This document shows positions 24,901-38,092 of a stretch of 64,000 nt of DNA, piece by piece. The translations under genes and the position numbers were made by a program. The DNA is from Cyanophora paradoxa CCMP329 (taxonomy: Eukaryota; Plantae; Glaucophyta), in contig QPMI01000679.1 in NCBI GenBank assembly GCA_004431415.1, positions 1 to 64,000 of the forward strand, written 5' to 3'. The notes under the pieces are model-generated. The model had not been told where the DNA came from. It worked only from the letters and a program-made list of their open reading frames with translations, and did not search any database. Each line of letters opens with the position of its first letter. Positions within the stretch are counted from its first letter, which is position 1.

Positions 24901-27900
24901 TTCCGCAACGCCTCCCTCCCCTCCTGCACCCCCTGGTGCCCGCTTCTCCTTCAAAAGGACCTCTTGAGCTTCTAATATTTAATAGAGAGCAAGAGGTCCA
25001 ATCTAAGCTGAACCGAATTAAAAGTCCTTGGTTTCATTGAAGTCTAGGCGAATCCTACGTCTAAGTCGAAGTCCAAGTCCAATCCTATTCTAGAGGACCG
25101 GCCATATATACCTCTTAAGCTTCTGCGGCTTACTTTGGGCCCCGGCCCCCGGCAGCCCGCAGGGGACGTACGCGGCGGGGCGGGGCGCCGCCGCCTGCGC
25201 GGTGTGCGCGGCGGGGCGGCAGCTGTGCCCCGTGGCGACCGGCGAGCCGATCGACCTCCCCGCCTTCGACTCCCTCCTCGCCCGCCTCCAGGCCGAGGCG
25301 GGCGGCACCGGCAGCGGCGAAGCCGGCGCCAGAGCCGTTTCTCGGCGGGCTCTCCGCGGTCTGGAACCCGCATCCGTATCTGAAGAACCTGCCGCCGGCG
25401 CCGAGGCCGTGGCTTCCGATCCCGCCTCCGGATCCCGCCGCCGGGCACTCCTCCGGTTCCGCGCTCTTTTGGACTCTGCCTCCGCGTCTGAGCAGCAGCA
25501 GCGGACGGAGCGCGACGCCGTCGTCCTCGGCACGACCACCGCCGCCCTCTCCCAGCCCGTGCGCATGCACTAGAGCCTAAGAACGTCGATTCTAAGGCCT
25601 CGTGCCTGCGTTCACAAAGAACGCCCGGGACGGTTAGAGTTGATAAAGGACAGAGTCTTAACTTTACCGCCACACCTAAGCCGCCTAAGGCTATATCTCT
25701 CCACCGCCAACGCCGTCTCCCAGCCCAAAGATCCCAAGCTCATTGTTCCGGATTGCGCGCGCGCAGGCGATCGAGGCGGGCCCGCGGGGCGTCGCCGACG
25801 CCTACCGCGCCTTCGCCCTCGCCGCCGGCGCCGGCGCCGCCGCCCTCCTCTCCCTCGCCGCCGCCCTCTCTGCCTTCCTCGCATCGGCCCCCGACCCGGC
25901 GGCCCGCGCGGCGCGCGCGGCCCGCGTCGCCCGCCTCGACCTTTTCTTCAGGGAGGAGGTCGATGCCGCCCGCCGCGGCGGCGGCGGCGGTGGAGGCGGC
26001 AGGCGCCGCCGGCGGCAGCGCCGCCACGCCGCGCACCCTGCGCCTGCCACGGCGCGGCGACGACGAACGCGCCAGCGCCGGACACGGCCGCGGATGCGGA
26101 CGTCGATGAGATTAAGAAGAAAGGCGAGGAGCTGGAGCTGGAGGAGGGCCGCCTGGGGACGGTGGGCGAGGCGCTCGCCTCGCGGCTCCTCTACGAGCGC
26201 GGCCGCCCGCTCCTGCCCCTCCCTGCCCCGGCCCCGGCCCCGCCCGCTCGTCCTCCCTTCCGCCCCCGCCGCCCCCGCCGCCCCGCCCGGGCTCCCGCTC
26301 CGGCCGCAAGGGCGCCGGCGCCGCGTCCCCCTGCCAGTACCTCGACCTCGAGGCACGTCTTCGTACCCCCCGGCCCTGGCCCCGCCCCCGCGCCTCCCAC
26401 CCCGTCCCAGTCGGTGACGTACGCGTCGGCCCGCGCATGCGCAGGTCCGGGTGGTGCGCCCGGCGAGCGCCTGCCGCCTGCAGCCTGTGGAGAAGGAGGA
26501 GGAGGGGGAGGAGGGGGCGGTGCGGGCGCCGCGGACGGTGGCAGGGGCGGTATTTTCGGTGCTGGCGCTCGTCCTCGCCGCCGTCGCCGCCGCCTTCGTC
26601 GCCGCCCAGTTCGTGCGCCCCTAATATTTTCTAGAAGGATTAGAAATTCTAGAGAGCTTCGTCGCCGCTAAGTTCGTGCGCCCCTTGATTATGAGCTTTC
26701 CGACGTTTCTCTGCGTCGGATCCGGATGCAAACGCGCTGTGAGGCCTTGAAGCTTAAGAGATATCGATAGCTTGTTGGGCGCCCTTCAAATTCTCCCAAC
26801 TTGGCCTCGAGCCAAGCCAAGCCTCACTCGCTCCCTCCCTCCCTTCCTTCCCCCCGCGCAGGCGCTGGCGAACGAGGCGGTGGTGGCCTCGCTGGCGGCG
26901 GGGGCCTCGCCCTCGGCGGGGGCGATCGCCGGCGAGTTCGCCGCCGAGGCCACCTTCTACGGCTACGCAGGCGCGCCCTGTACCCTTCCTTCCTTTCCTT
27001 CGTTCCCTCTTTGTTCCCCTCTGACATTCCCCTCTGGGATCAAATTCGAAGGACCCTGCCGCATAGAGCGGGTGGACCTGGACGCGCAGCAGGCGGCGGC
27101 CGAGCTCGAGAACGCCACCGGCACCGGTCTCGAGGACTTGAGCTCGGGCGTCGCGGCGGTGGAGGCGGCGGGGGCGTACGTGTCGGTGGCGCACGTGACG
27201 GCCGAGCTCGGGGCCGGCGCCTCCGCCGCGGCCGAGTACAGCGCCGCGAACCGCACCTGCCGGTCCGCTTTGATTTTGATTGATATTTCTTCTTTCGAAT
27301 TTTTCTTTGTATTTCTGTCTTCTGACCTCGTCTCCTCTGCCCGCCAGGGTCTCGTGGCGGTGCGGGCGGTGCCGGGTGGCGGCCGGTGCCGGCGCCAGCG
27401 TCGAGCTCCGCCTCGCCGCCCGCCTCGCCCTCGCCCACGCCCTCTCCTTCCGCCTTGTCGTCCGCCCCGCCCGCCCGCCCGCCCCGCCCGCCCCGCCCGC
27501 CCGCCCGCCCGACCCGCCCGCCCGCCCGCCCTGCCGACCCGCCCGCCCCCCGCCACGCCCCGCCCGCTCCCGCCCGCCCGCCCCGCCCCGCCCCGCCCCG
27601 CCCCGCCCGCCCGCCCCGCCCGCCCGCCCCGCCCGCCCCGCCCCGCCCGCCCGCCCCGCCGCCCGCCCCGCCCGCCCGCCCGCCGCCCGCCCGCCCCGCC
27701 CCGCCCCGCCCCGCCCGCCCCCCGCCACGCCCCGCCCCGCTCCCGCCCCGCCTTGCAATTGGCTTTTTATGTAGCTTTAGAATTTCGATCTTCGGCTTTC
27801 TTTATCGCCGTCTCTTAGCTTCCATCCCCTACAAAACCAGTTAGCCTCCTTAGCTTCCTTCCTTCCTTCCGTCCTTTAACTGGCTATCTACAGCTACAGC

Positions 27901-29556
27901 TTCCCCTGTCCATCCTCTAAGCTTAAATTTGCGTCGGCAGGTGCCCGGCGGGGCGGTGGTCGAGGGCGCGGTGGTGCCCCGCGGGCGGGGGCGCGCCGCC
28001 GTCCTGCGGGGCGCCCGCCCCGTCGAGGCGCCCCTGCTCCTGACCCCCGCCCACTTCCCCGACCCCCGCGACGGCTCCCCGGGGTACCGCGTCTCCCTCC
28101 GCCCCGCCCCCAACCACCTCTCCGAGGCCGACGAGGCCTCCTTCGTGCGCAAAACAAACACCGCGTTTCTCGAAGAAGTTCTACTTCTGACTGCGGGGGC
28201 AGGGCCTGTGCGCGGCGGGGCGGCCGCTCTCGGACGCCGCCTGCGCCGGCGAGCGCGTCGCCTTCCGCGCCTCCTTCGCCGTCAGCCCCCTCCACCTCCG
28301 CGTGCGCCCGAAATCCAAATTTCCAGCATTTCAGCGGCGTTTCCCCGGAATTCGAAGAGCTTCGTTCGCGATCGCAGGTGGCGCGGGTGCGGCGGGCGGC
28401 GCCGCTGGAGGCGCTGGCGGACGCGGCGGCCTTCGCCGGCGCCGCCTTCGCCCTCGTGGCCCACCTGATCGCCGCCCGCTCCCTCCTCGCCGCCCTCCGC
28501 GGGCACCGCCGCCCCGCCTTCCTCTGGGGCCTCCTCGGCGCCGCCCGCCGCCGCGGCTCCGCGACCCCCGCCCTCGGCTCCCACGCCTCGAATTCGGCCA
28601 AGCCCCGCGGGGGCGGGGGCGCGGCCGGCGTGCCGGTGTACAGCCTCGGGTTCGAGCCCGAGGAGGAGGTCGAGTTCGAGACCGAGGGGCCGCCGCCCCG
28701 CTTCGGGTTCGAGTCCGAGCGGACCCGGGCGGTGCCGCACCCGTTCCCGGACGCGCACGGGCGCCGCGGCGACCCGCTCGACCTCGCGATCGCCCTCGGC
28801 GCCGGCGCCCTCGGCCTCGGCGGGCCGCGGCCGGAGGGGCGCGGGGCCGGAGAGCTGCCGCGGCCCCGCGCCCGCCGCGTCTCCCTCGTCTCGGGGGGCG
28901 CGGCCCCGGCGTCCGGGTCCCCGCGGGGCCGCCGGCACTCCCACTGCGCCCGCGACTCCCCGCGCCTCGCCACCGGCATCGGCGCCGCCCGCCCCTCCTC
29001 CAGAATCAAAGCTCGAGACCCTTTGGATATCGATATCGATGCGGCGCCGGTGCCCTCGGCCGTTGTGCAGCGGCCTCGCAGCCGCTCCCTCGCCCCCTCT
29101 TGGCGCTCTGTCGGCGCTGCTGCTGTCACCGGCTCCGCCCCGCCGCCGGGCGAGGCCAAAGCGGTACCCATCTCTCTGGAGGGCCTCACGATCGAGGTGG
29201 GGACGGGTACGGGCGCCGCCGCCCTCAGCTTCCCGCGGCTCGCCTCCCTCGCCCGCGGCTCGCCCCGCCTCCCCCCCAGCGCCCCCCGGACCCCCGCGGA
29301 CGGTCTCGCGATGGTCCCCGCCTCCCGCGGGCGAGCCGGCGCCGGCGCCCGCACCCCCTCCGCTTCTGCCGCCGCCCCCGGCCGACGCGCCTCGGAGCCT
29401 GGAAGCTTAAGCCCGCGGCCGCCCGCGGCGCCTCCCCTCGCTGTACAGACGCCGGCCCCCGCCGCGGGCCGCTACAGCTTCGCCTTTGGGGACGCGCGCT
29501 CGGGCTCCGCCTTCGCCGACTACCGCCACGTGCACGCCCGCCGCGGCTCCTCCTGA
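12921..29556 (+). CDS. Very large multi-exon membrane/secreted protein: signal peptide, LamG-like segment, dozens of CxxCxxG (ephrin-receptor-like/GCC2_GCC3) repeats, several C-terminal hydrophobic helices and a low-complexity tail (may be more than one gene)
   Basis: Hydrophobic leader AAALLCLLALRLLGSARA; LAELRVWPAALSPAQV motif near 15030; CxxCPxG repeats from ~19100 to 25230; TM-like segments near 25810, 26550 and 28430. Confidence 0.65.
18905..19024. repeat. Intronic minisatellite, 4 x 30 bp
   Basis: Unit tttctggggcgggtccaagctgaattcgag repeated 4 times, one substitution, no spacers. Confidence 0.9.
27462..27751. repeat. Intronic (GCCC/GCCCC)n low-complexity tract
   Basis: About 290 nt composed almost entirely of ccgc/cccgc units. 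Confidence 0.9.
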
Positions 29557-30274
29557 CGGCCCCCGTCGCTTTAATTTCGCTTTTAATTTAATTTGCTGAA
29601 GACCCGAAATCGTAGTCGACGTCGCTCTGGATCTGGATCATCGATATCGGATATTGATACTTAGAAGTTCGTGACTAGATCTAGAGCAGCTCTCATTTTA
29701 ATCCAGAGATTACATATTTCCATCTTTCAGTTATCTGTTCTTTTCAATTGCAAATTCCGCAGCTGCTGCTTGCTTGTAATTTCCATCATGATGATGATCA
29801 TGATCAGCTGAGTCTATGCTATTGCAATCAATGCAATTCAATGGTACCGGTTGCTCACTAAAGCTGTGCCTGCGCTGTCCATGGCCAGAGTCGGATGATA
29901 GAGCTCGAGCATGTGAAGCCTGCAAGTCGGCCCCCGACATGACGCTCGAAATGAAGCGCCGCCGGCGCCGCTAAGATCTAGATCTAGGCTGGTCTGAATA
30001 TCTAGATTTGGCCCCCCCGCGCCGGATCATGATCGGCGGTGAAGCTCTTTTGTTTATTCATTCTACTAGGCTACAGCCAGCTATCAGATCCAGAATGGAG
30101 ATCTAGAATTCGAAAGCGAAAGTGCCGAAAGTTCGGATCCCCGGAGTCGAAATACAATGCCAACCAACTGCACAATGAGTACTAAGCTTGAGGACATGTA
30201 CAATGCTACAAAGAAATGTGCACGTTTAAGTGCGTGAAAGCCAAACGGAAACTGTAAAGAAATCAGTTTCGATA

Positions 30275-32503
30275 TTACATGCGATTGCAAGACCCATGGC
30301 CCATGAAGAGGAAAGCGGCAGTCGCCATGGCCGAAAGAACGATCAGCAGAAGAGATGGGTTGGTATTGTGACCCGAGGAGACGAACGGCCTGTACATATC
30401 GCGATCGACGGCACACGTAAACGGAAGTGCACAAAAGCAAAACATTCCAAAGAAGGGACGTACACAGACGAAGCCGAGGTGCCAGTGGGAATCCAAGCAA
30501 AAGCCTGATGAGGTTTTAATTCCGTTGCAATTTAGTAACGCCTTTGAATTGGATCACCTTTGCGAGCGTCAGATCTGCGAAAGCTCCGTCCGGACTAGAA
30601 ATCTTTAAATCATAAGCAGCTCCAGGGACAAATGCTGCAGATGCCTGCACAGCAAATTCAAACCGCGTTAATTTCAGGAAATTTGGCCCGATCTAGATAG
30701 GATATAAATGCAGTCGAGCACCTGCAGAAGATTGCGCCCCGAAGACTGTCCGCAGTTGGCCGAGAATTTAGGGACCGCTGCAGGATGCGTCAATTGCAAA
30801 GATGGTCGCGAGTTCGAAGTTAGCGACAAGTTCAAATTCGGGCGAAGTCAACCAATGCAACTCACTGAAACGGATCTCTGTCGGGCTGTGAATGCGAGGG
30901 TTTCTTGCGGGGCACTGCACTGTTCCAGACACAATCATGATCAAAATCGTCTTCCCAACTGGTAGATTCTGCGCGCACGAACTACTCAGAAAAGAATTTT
31001 AAGCGCCGGCCGCGGGGTTCGGAATCGGATAAGCAGACCTCTGCGTAAATGATCACATCGCCTCCATCCTGCTCCAGCCGACGTCCCAGCGACGCATTCG
31101 ATCGTTAGAAATTGCCACGAAACACGCTGCAACAGTTAATATATTGCGAGATCTTGAACCCTCACGCACTTGGGGGGTCTGGACTACTGGCTTCTCAAAC
31201 GTAGCAACGCCATCGCTGTTCAGAGAGATTGCAACACCGTTGATGGACGAAGCGCCTGACCCGATTCCCGATATCACAATGCGACTGATATTCTGTGTTC
31301 GTACGCAGACACGCAAATGAGCACAGCACATTACAGGGTCACGGAGTTCAATGATTCAATGATTGCAAGTCGCATTCGCGCACCAGTGCCGCGGGCTTCG
31401 GCGAAGGGGATGGGCTTGCGCCTGCCACAGCAGCTGGAGACGGGATCGGGCTCGGGCTTAAGCTTGGCGCTTGTGACGGGTTCGGGCTCGCGAGTGACGA
31501 CGGCGACGGCGACGGCGGTGGGCTCGGAGTCGCTGCAGACTGAATGCGCATGCAATGTGATAAATTAAAGAGCTCATTGCAAAAATAAATATTAATCAAG
31601 ATTCGCGCGCGCGCGCGCACGCTTGCAATCGGACTCGGAGATGGCGAACTCGAAGGAGACGGCGAAGGCGACGGGCTGGCCTGCGTGGCGCAAGTCCGAA
31701 TGTTAGCTTCAGTAAAAGACTACCCTAGGCCTCGCAGAAGTCGGGAGGGAAGCTCAAGGAACGCACGCTCGCGATATCGATCGGGGACGGGCTCGGGCTG
31801 GCGCTCGGAGACGGGGAAGGGCTCGGGCTCGGGCTCGGCTGCGTCAGACTTATATATGAATATTAAAGAAGACATACATATGTATGGCGTTACGCACACT
31901 GGGCGAGGGCGAGGGCGTCGCTGACACGCAGCGGCCTCCGAAGTCAAACATGGGCGAGCTGCAGGTGCAGCTCGTGTCCGATATGTTCATGTTCTCAGTG
32001 CAAGCAACAGTGCCCGACGCCTGCGGCTTTACATGCAGAATGTCTTGAGATGAAATCTTGATGGGTCTCTTGACTGCTCTTGGTGCGCGAGAAAGGGCTG
32101 AGCGAGAGGGGCGGGGCCCGAGCTCGAGTGTGGCCTTCAACATCTACCGTCGAAGGGGGCAGCATCAACACTTCAAGATCATGATCATGAGCATGCACAT
32201 GATACATGCGCTCACTTTGTTTTCATGGTCATCCTCCAGAACAAGAGAGCATTTCGCCGCCGTACGCGTGGCGCCGGCCGCAGCAGCGCGACTTTCATTT
32301 TCCATAGTAGCGACAAACTTTGATGTTGTCGCCTCAAAGCTGCCGTTGTTTGGACAGACCGCTTGTGCAATTCCGAAATCCGAACTTGGGGATGCGCTTG
32401 CGTTGATAAGAACTGAATTCGCCGCAAACAGGATCGCAGCCAGCGCGGCGACTGCGGCCCCGCGCATTGAGAATGGCATCTCAGATCTAGATATCGATGC
32501 CAT
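30275..32503 (-). CDS. Secreted (Ser-Pro)n-rich surface protein A, probable GPI/TM anchor, possible IPT/TIG-like region
   Basis: Signal peptide MRGAAVAALAAILFAANSVLINASA; Cys-containing N-domain; exons PSPSPSPSPSPSASPSPSP, ASPSPSPSPSSSPSPSP, SAATPSPPPSPSPSS...SPSPSPKP; PTEIRF|TVP...GRNLLQ; C-terminal LLLIVLSAMATAAFLF. Confidence 0.7.
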
Positions 32504-32769
32504 GGTGTAGAGCAATGTCTACAGACTGCAGCACCCGCCGCGGCCGCGGTGTGCAGTGTGCACACCCTCGCCGAGTCGGGCCTTGACTACTAGTAGTGCA
32601 CGCGGTGTGCTGCCCGTCAGTGGGCCGTCACAGGCTCACAGCAGCCGGTGTGCAGTCACACACTGTGACACTGCAGTGTGCACTGTGCACTCTAGATCTG
32701 ATTCACTGAGTCACGACTCCGGCGACTCGGCGAGTCGCGACTCGCGACTCTGATCATTAGTCGCGCACG

Positions 32770-33320
32770 TAGGGGCGTGGACCGGGTCGGGGGGTCGGCC
32801 CGATCGACCCGACCCGCTCGCCCGGCCGACCCGACCGGGTCGACCCGGGTCGGCCCAGGGGGGGTACTTCGATCCCGCCCTCGACCGAAAGAACACCGCA
32901 AACGTGATGAATTACATCAAAAACGTGCTACAATGCAGCAGATACATTATACAGATGCAATAATTGCAATATCTAGATGCATTATGCGCTCCGGAAACGA
33001 ACTTCTGCTGTTTCGGGGGGTACGTATATTCCATCAAGCAGCCACGTCCACTGTACATGTACATCTGCATGCATCTGTGCGACATATAAGTGTAATACAC
33101 ATAGTATGTGTTATATAGACGAAGATCTCAGCATTTATCAACACTTCAGAAAGGTGGAGAACGGTCCCCAAGGGTGTACCCAAGACCCTCCGGCCCGGGT
33201 CGACCCGGTTCGGGCCCGGATCGGGTCTGACCCGGGTCGGGAGGTCGGCCCGATCGACCCGCTTGCCTGGCCGACCCGACCGGGTCGACCCGGGTCGGCC
33301 CGGCCCGGTCCACGGTCCTA
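32770..33320. mobile_element. hAT-type MITE, 551 bp
   Basis: Imperfect TIRs taggggcgtggaccgggtcggg / cccggcccggtccacggtccta; perfect 8-bp TSD cgcgcacg (32762-32769 and 33321-33328); subterminal gacccg/cgggtc arrays. Confidence 0.85.
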
Positions 33321-33495
33321 CGCGCACGCAGTGCCACGCACTGATCATGATGACACGCGGCACTGCGGCAGTACTATAGTATACTCCCGCGGCCGCGATT
33401 CCCGGAGTCCCGCCGTTACGGCGCCGTAGCCAGCCTAAGCCAGCCTTAGCCAGGCCCGTAGGACGCGGCCGTACTGTGGCCCGTACAGGCCCGTA

Positions 33496-34087
33496 CTGTA
33501 AACGTACGAATTTTCGCCAGCGTCTAATTTCGACTATATTCGTCAGACCCTCGCGCTGTCGAATATTTGACGCCGGCGAAATTATGGGGGGGTACCGTCC
33601 CTGCGTCCCTTAGTCGCGCGACTGCGTGTTCCCAGCTCGTCCCTTCACGTCCCCGCGTCTCCCGTCAGCGTCCTCAGTTTGAATTCAAAGCAGCAGCAGC
33701 AGCAGCAGCAGCGCGATGCTCTCCGTCGATCACTGGAAGAGCTTCATCGGCGGCGGCGCGTTCAAGCCTGGCGCGTCGCTAGGGAAGGCGCCCTTGCCGC
33801 CCGGCGTCAGCCCGCTCGAGCTCACGGCGCACGAGATCCTCGTGTGCGAGAAGGAGGGCTATTCCTTGAAAGACCCGGATGCAGACACGGTAGAGAAGCA
33901 GAACGAGCACGTCCGCGTGCTCAAGCAGCTGGTCGCTGACCACGACGCGTCGACCGCTCAGTTCGGCGAAGTCTTAATTTCGACAAAACTTTTTTGTGTC
34001 GAAATCAAGACGCTGTCGGACTAATTTTCGACAGGATTTTCGGGTTTTGTCGAATTAAAGTGCTGTCGGATATTAGTACGTTTACAG
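33496..34087. mobile_element. TA-target (Tc1/mariner-like) non-autonomous element, 592 bp, with an internal ORF fragment
   Basis: TIRs ctgtaaacgtacgaattttcgccagc / gctgtcggatattagtacgtttacag, each flanked by TA; internal ORF 33716-34024. Confidence 0.8.
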
Positions 34088-36258
34088 TACTACGGACCTA
34101 CGGTACTACGGTAACCGTTGAACGTCGGTACTACGGTAAGTAACTTAGTAGTAAGTCCCGCGGTCCCGCCCACGCCTGGCACGGTCCCGGTCCCGCGCGC
34201 GTCTGAGCTAGAGCTGTGCTCGCTGGGGGGGGCCGGGCCCAGCGGCCGCTGAAGCCCGGCGAGCGGCGCCTGTCGCTGGCCCGTCGCTGAGCTGGGGGTA
34301 CCGCCAAAACCTGAAGAAAAACTGCTGGAAACCGACCGAAAACCTATCTGTTCCGTTTAGTTTATTTCGAATTCGTACAAGCTTTTAAGACGCAAATGCA
34401 GATCTAGATTTAATGCTTGGTTCCGCGAGCCATGCGTCAATTTCTGCGGGATAGAGGCCAGCTGCAGGCTGCTTTTAGGCGAAGCGGAGCGCCTGGATGC
34501 TCGAAAACAGTCGAAATTTAGCAAGATTGCTCGGCCACGCCGACTCGTCGCCGAGTCGTCGCCGACCTACGTCGACCATCAGATGAGAAAAAAGCGGGAT
34601 GGAGCTTTTTTTGGCGCCTGTCAGCCATAAAAAACGCTGAGCGAGGAGGCGTCGCTGGCGGAAAACGCCAAGCGTAGCGGCCGCTGGAACCTCGCGAGCG
34701 AAGCGACAACCAGCGACCACAGCCCTAGTCTGAGCGCCGCGGCGGCGCGCGCCGGCGGGCCGCCACTGGGCCAGCCCGGGGCCTGGCAGGCTGCAGGCTG
34801 GCTGCAGCTGAGGCTGCAGCTGGCGCCGCGGCGCCGCGGCGGCGGCAGCGGGCCAGCGGCTCCCGCCGCCGCCGGCGCCGCCCGCCGGACGGCCGCGCCG
34901 CCGCGGACTCCCAGGAGTCTAGCTCGCGGACCCATTGCAAGCTTTTGGGGCCCGGGCCGGTGAAATTAATATTGGGGGCCAATTTGGGGCCGGCCGGCGG
35001 CCGGCGCCGGCCGCGGCGGCGCCGATATCGAGTGCAAATAAACTTAATCGCTCAACCAGGAATTGTAAAACAAATTGTAACCTGAAAAACGAAATCGGAG
35101 TGAGCCGCGTGGCCCGCGTCAGCGGCGTCACCTGCGTGCCGCGCTTATAATTATACAGACCAAAAGTTATACTTATGTTATAGCAATTATCAGACTGACT
35201 TTCATGATTATATTGTTTCTTTCATATTATCGAAATCTCCAACTTTTGCATGGGAAATCGAAATCAAATCCGATCAATTTGAGCAACCGCGACCGATGGA
35301 TCGATATCGAATCATTATCGATCGATCGGAGACTCCCGGTCCGAGTCCCGGATCCGGAGTCCGAGGCTCGCGTCGGAATTGAACCGGACCCCGGGGCCCG
35401 AACCTTTCAAAATTGAACGGCCCAGAATTTGTATCATCATGTATGAAACGGTTTTCTCAAAGTTTCGGTATTTTAAGTTTGTTCAACGTAACGGTTCGCT
35501 GTCCAACGGACGATCGATCGCGACGTCGACATGTGCACGGTCGTAAATTAAATATAGCTTTTATTATTTAATTAAATTTAGCCTAGCACAGGCTAGCAGC
35601 CTGCTACTACTATACTATGATACTATGATAGTAGGCTGCTAGCCTAGTAGTTGCAGCCCTAACTTGCCCTAAGTTGCAGGCCCCACGGGCGGCGGGCCAC
35701 GGCCCACAGGCCCACAGCACCGTGGCACAGGCCGGGGTACCGGACCGTCGGACCACTACCGCTCATCCGGTACCATCGGCCGTCGGGCCAGCTGCAGACT
35801 CTGAGATGCACTGGCACGCCCAGGCTGCCCAGCCGGCCGCGGGCCAGCCCTGGCAGCCCATGGCCAAGCCGCCAATTGCAATTGCAAAGCTCACTCACTG
35901 AGTCAGTGACTGATCCGCGGCGCCCGGCCGAGCTCGAGGCATCACCGCGGTAGACTCTGAGCCTCGGAGAGCTGCAGCTGAGCCCGTGGGCCGTGGCGGT
36001 CACCGGCCCTAGGCCTGACACCGGGTGGCGGCCGGCCAGCTGCAGCCCGGCGGCCTGCAGCTGGCGGCCACCCTCTTGCTATAGCAGCTACCAGTAGTAT
36101 ATATATAGCTACCGCCCCCGGCGGTAGGAGTTCAGGCTGTGCACGCGTGCACGTGTCACAGTGCCACGGTGTATATATAGGTGTGCGCACAGCTACGTAT
36201 ACGTATACAGCTGTATACGTATACAGCTGCAACGCACAGCTGCAGCTGAGCGGGAAAC

Positions 36259-38092
36259 ATGTGGAAGCCCGCATATTTGACTCTTTTGCAATTGGTGATC
36301 ATGATAGGCTTGAGCGTGCGCGTGATCAGCATAACAGTTGCAGCTGGTTCGTACGCGCCGTGTGTGTGACGCGCACGTCTCATTGTATCATATAATAGAT
36401 ACGTATTCGTATCGCGCATGCAGTTCCACGATCGTGAACGCGTTTCTGCGCGCTTTGATGTATGCATATGCGTATACGCAGATAATTTTAGAAGCATACG
36501 AAGCGAAGACTTTGAGAATGAGTACACGAGCGATGTCAAGGATTCTAATTATGATGGGTGATTCATTGGCCTGGCATGTGATGCCTGTGTTGCACATGAT
36601 TTTTAACCGAAACAATCATATACAGATATGCCGACTACGAGGACCCCCAGGTTAGCTATACGCGTGCGTGTACATAGCTATAGGTACCGGTGCTGTCCGC
36701 GATAGGCTGACCGCGACTGAATATGTGCGTGCCTGTTAAACGTTCAGCTTTTCAGCTTTCTAGACTCCGAAGACATTGAACACCTCAACGAGATAGCGGA
36801 TCGGGGTGTCAGTCAAGGTGTTTTCAAGCTGCATCTCAACCCGCATCGTGCGTTCGTTTTTTTTAAAACGCCTGCCACAGCCTCGCGATCTGTGCTTGAG
36901 CTGAAACGCCCGCTCTTTATCCCAGCGCCTTATAATTTGGTCTATTATCACAGATCCTGAGGAGAAGCATTTCAGCAAACATGCTGCAAGGATTCTCAAG
37001 CGTCTGCTTGCAAGGCTCGGGCCTTCGTTCTCCTACACCGACATTCGCAGCAAAATAAGCATCCACACGTGCGTAGATCTAGAGGTGCTCATGGCGTACT
37101 GCGCATGCTGGGCAGCTTGTGCATGTGCATCTTCATCTTTATAAAATATTTTATTAATGATCATCCACGCGCGTACGCGTACGATTGTGATCGCGTCGAT
37201 TCTGCAGAGTGAACAGGGAAAATCAGAAGCCAACCGTGCGTGCCCATGGCCATGATATCGCATAAGTTAATTTGATATTTCTGGACAATATATATATGCC
37301 CTCTACTCTTCACGCTAGCCCTCTCTGCCCTCTTTTTTCTTGCCTTCTAATATTCATGCGTGCACAGGATGGAAGCAGCAGACCTTTCGCATTCGACACC
37401 GATTATCACAACGATGCATGCTGCTTTGAAGGTGCCCATGTTCCGAGAAGTTCAGGATCTTATGTATCATCCAAGCTTGAGCTTTAATTCTTTTCGCGCA
37501 CATACGTTCCCAAAGATTGCGCATCGTGGTATGAGCAGTACAGCGATGGGTTACAACGCCGAGTGGGCGTTATAATCTGGTTGAACTCCGACTACGAGGG
37601 TGGCCACACGACATTTCCGGTGTGCGACAGCTGTCTTCTGAATCCGCGGAATAATGTCTAATTATCTTGCGCATGCAGAATATAGGCCTAAGCATCAGGG
37701 GCCCAACAGGATGGGCTCTCAAATTCAACCTTCTACAAACTGTTCGTCAAATTCTTTCTTTCCCCTCTCATTAACAACCTGGCCGCGGCCCGTGCATTAT
37801 AAAATTTAATTTGACTGGTTCAAGGGCACGCTCTTCTGTCACGACTCTGCCGTGCACAATGGAGAGCTGGTGACGAAGGGTACTAAGAGGTACTTCCGAA
37901 ATTCTGCCTTCAGCTTCATCAATGATCATGAAATGCGATTAATCTCTGTGATGCGATGCCAGAATACTGGTGGTTTTCATCAACGCGCCACCGGAATGGA
38001 TGCAGGCGTTGCCTGGTCCCAAAGGCTACAATGCGTCCTTCGCCTTGAATCGGCGCAGAAGTCTCACGTACGAGACGTATAATTCTTTGTGA
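36259..38092 (+). CDS. Prolyl-4-hydroxylase-like 2OG/Fe(II) oxygenase, paralog 1
   Basis: Signal MWKPAYLTLLQLVIMIGLSVRVISITVAA; LFSFLDSEDIEHLNEIADR; DYHNDACCFE|DCASWYEQYSDGLQRRVGVIIWLNSDYEGGHTTFP|NIGLSIRGPTGWALKFNLLQT|GTLFCHDSAVHNGELVTKGTKR|ILVVFINAPPEWMQALPGPKGYNAS. HxD...H...K catalytic set present. Confidence 0.85.

Noticed and set aside
29731-29940. Small His-rich ORF
   Set aside because: No recognisable motif; lies in palindrome-rich intergenic DNA between convergent genes.
34290-35520. Additional transposon(s) in this AT-rich stretch
   Set aside because: Looks like TE debris, but I could not pair termini or find a TSD.
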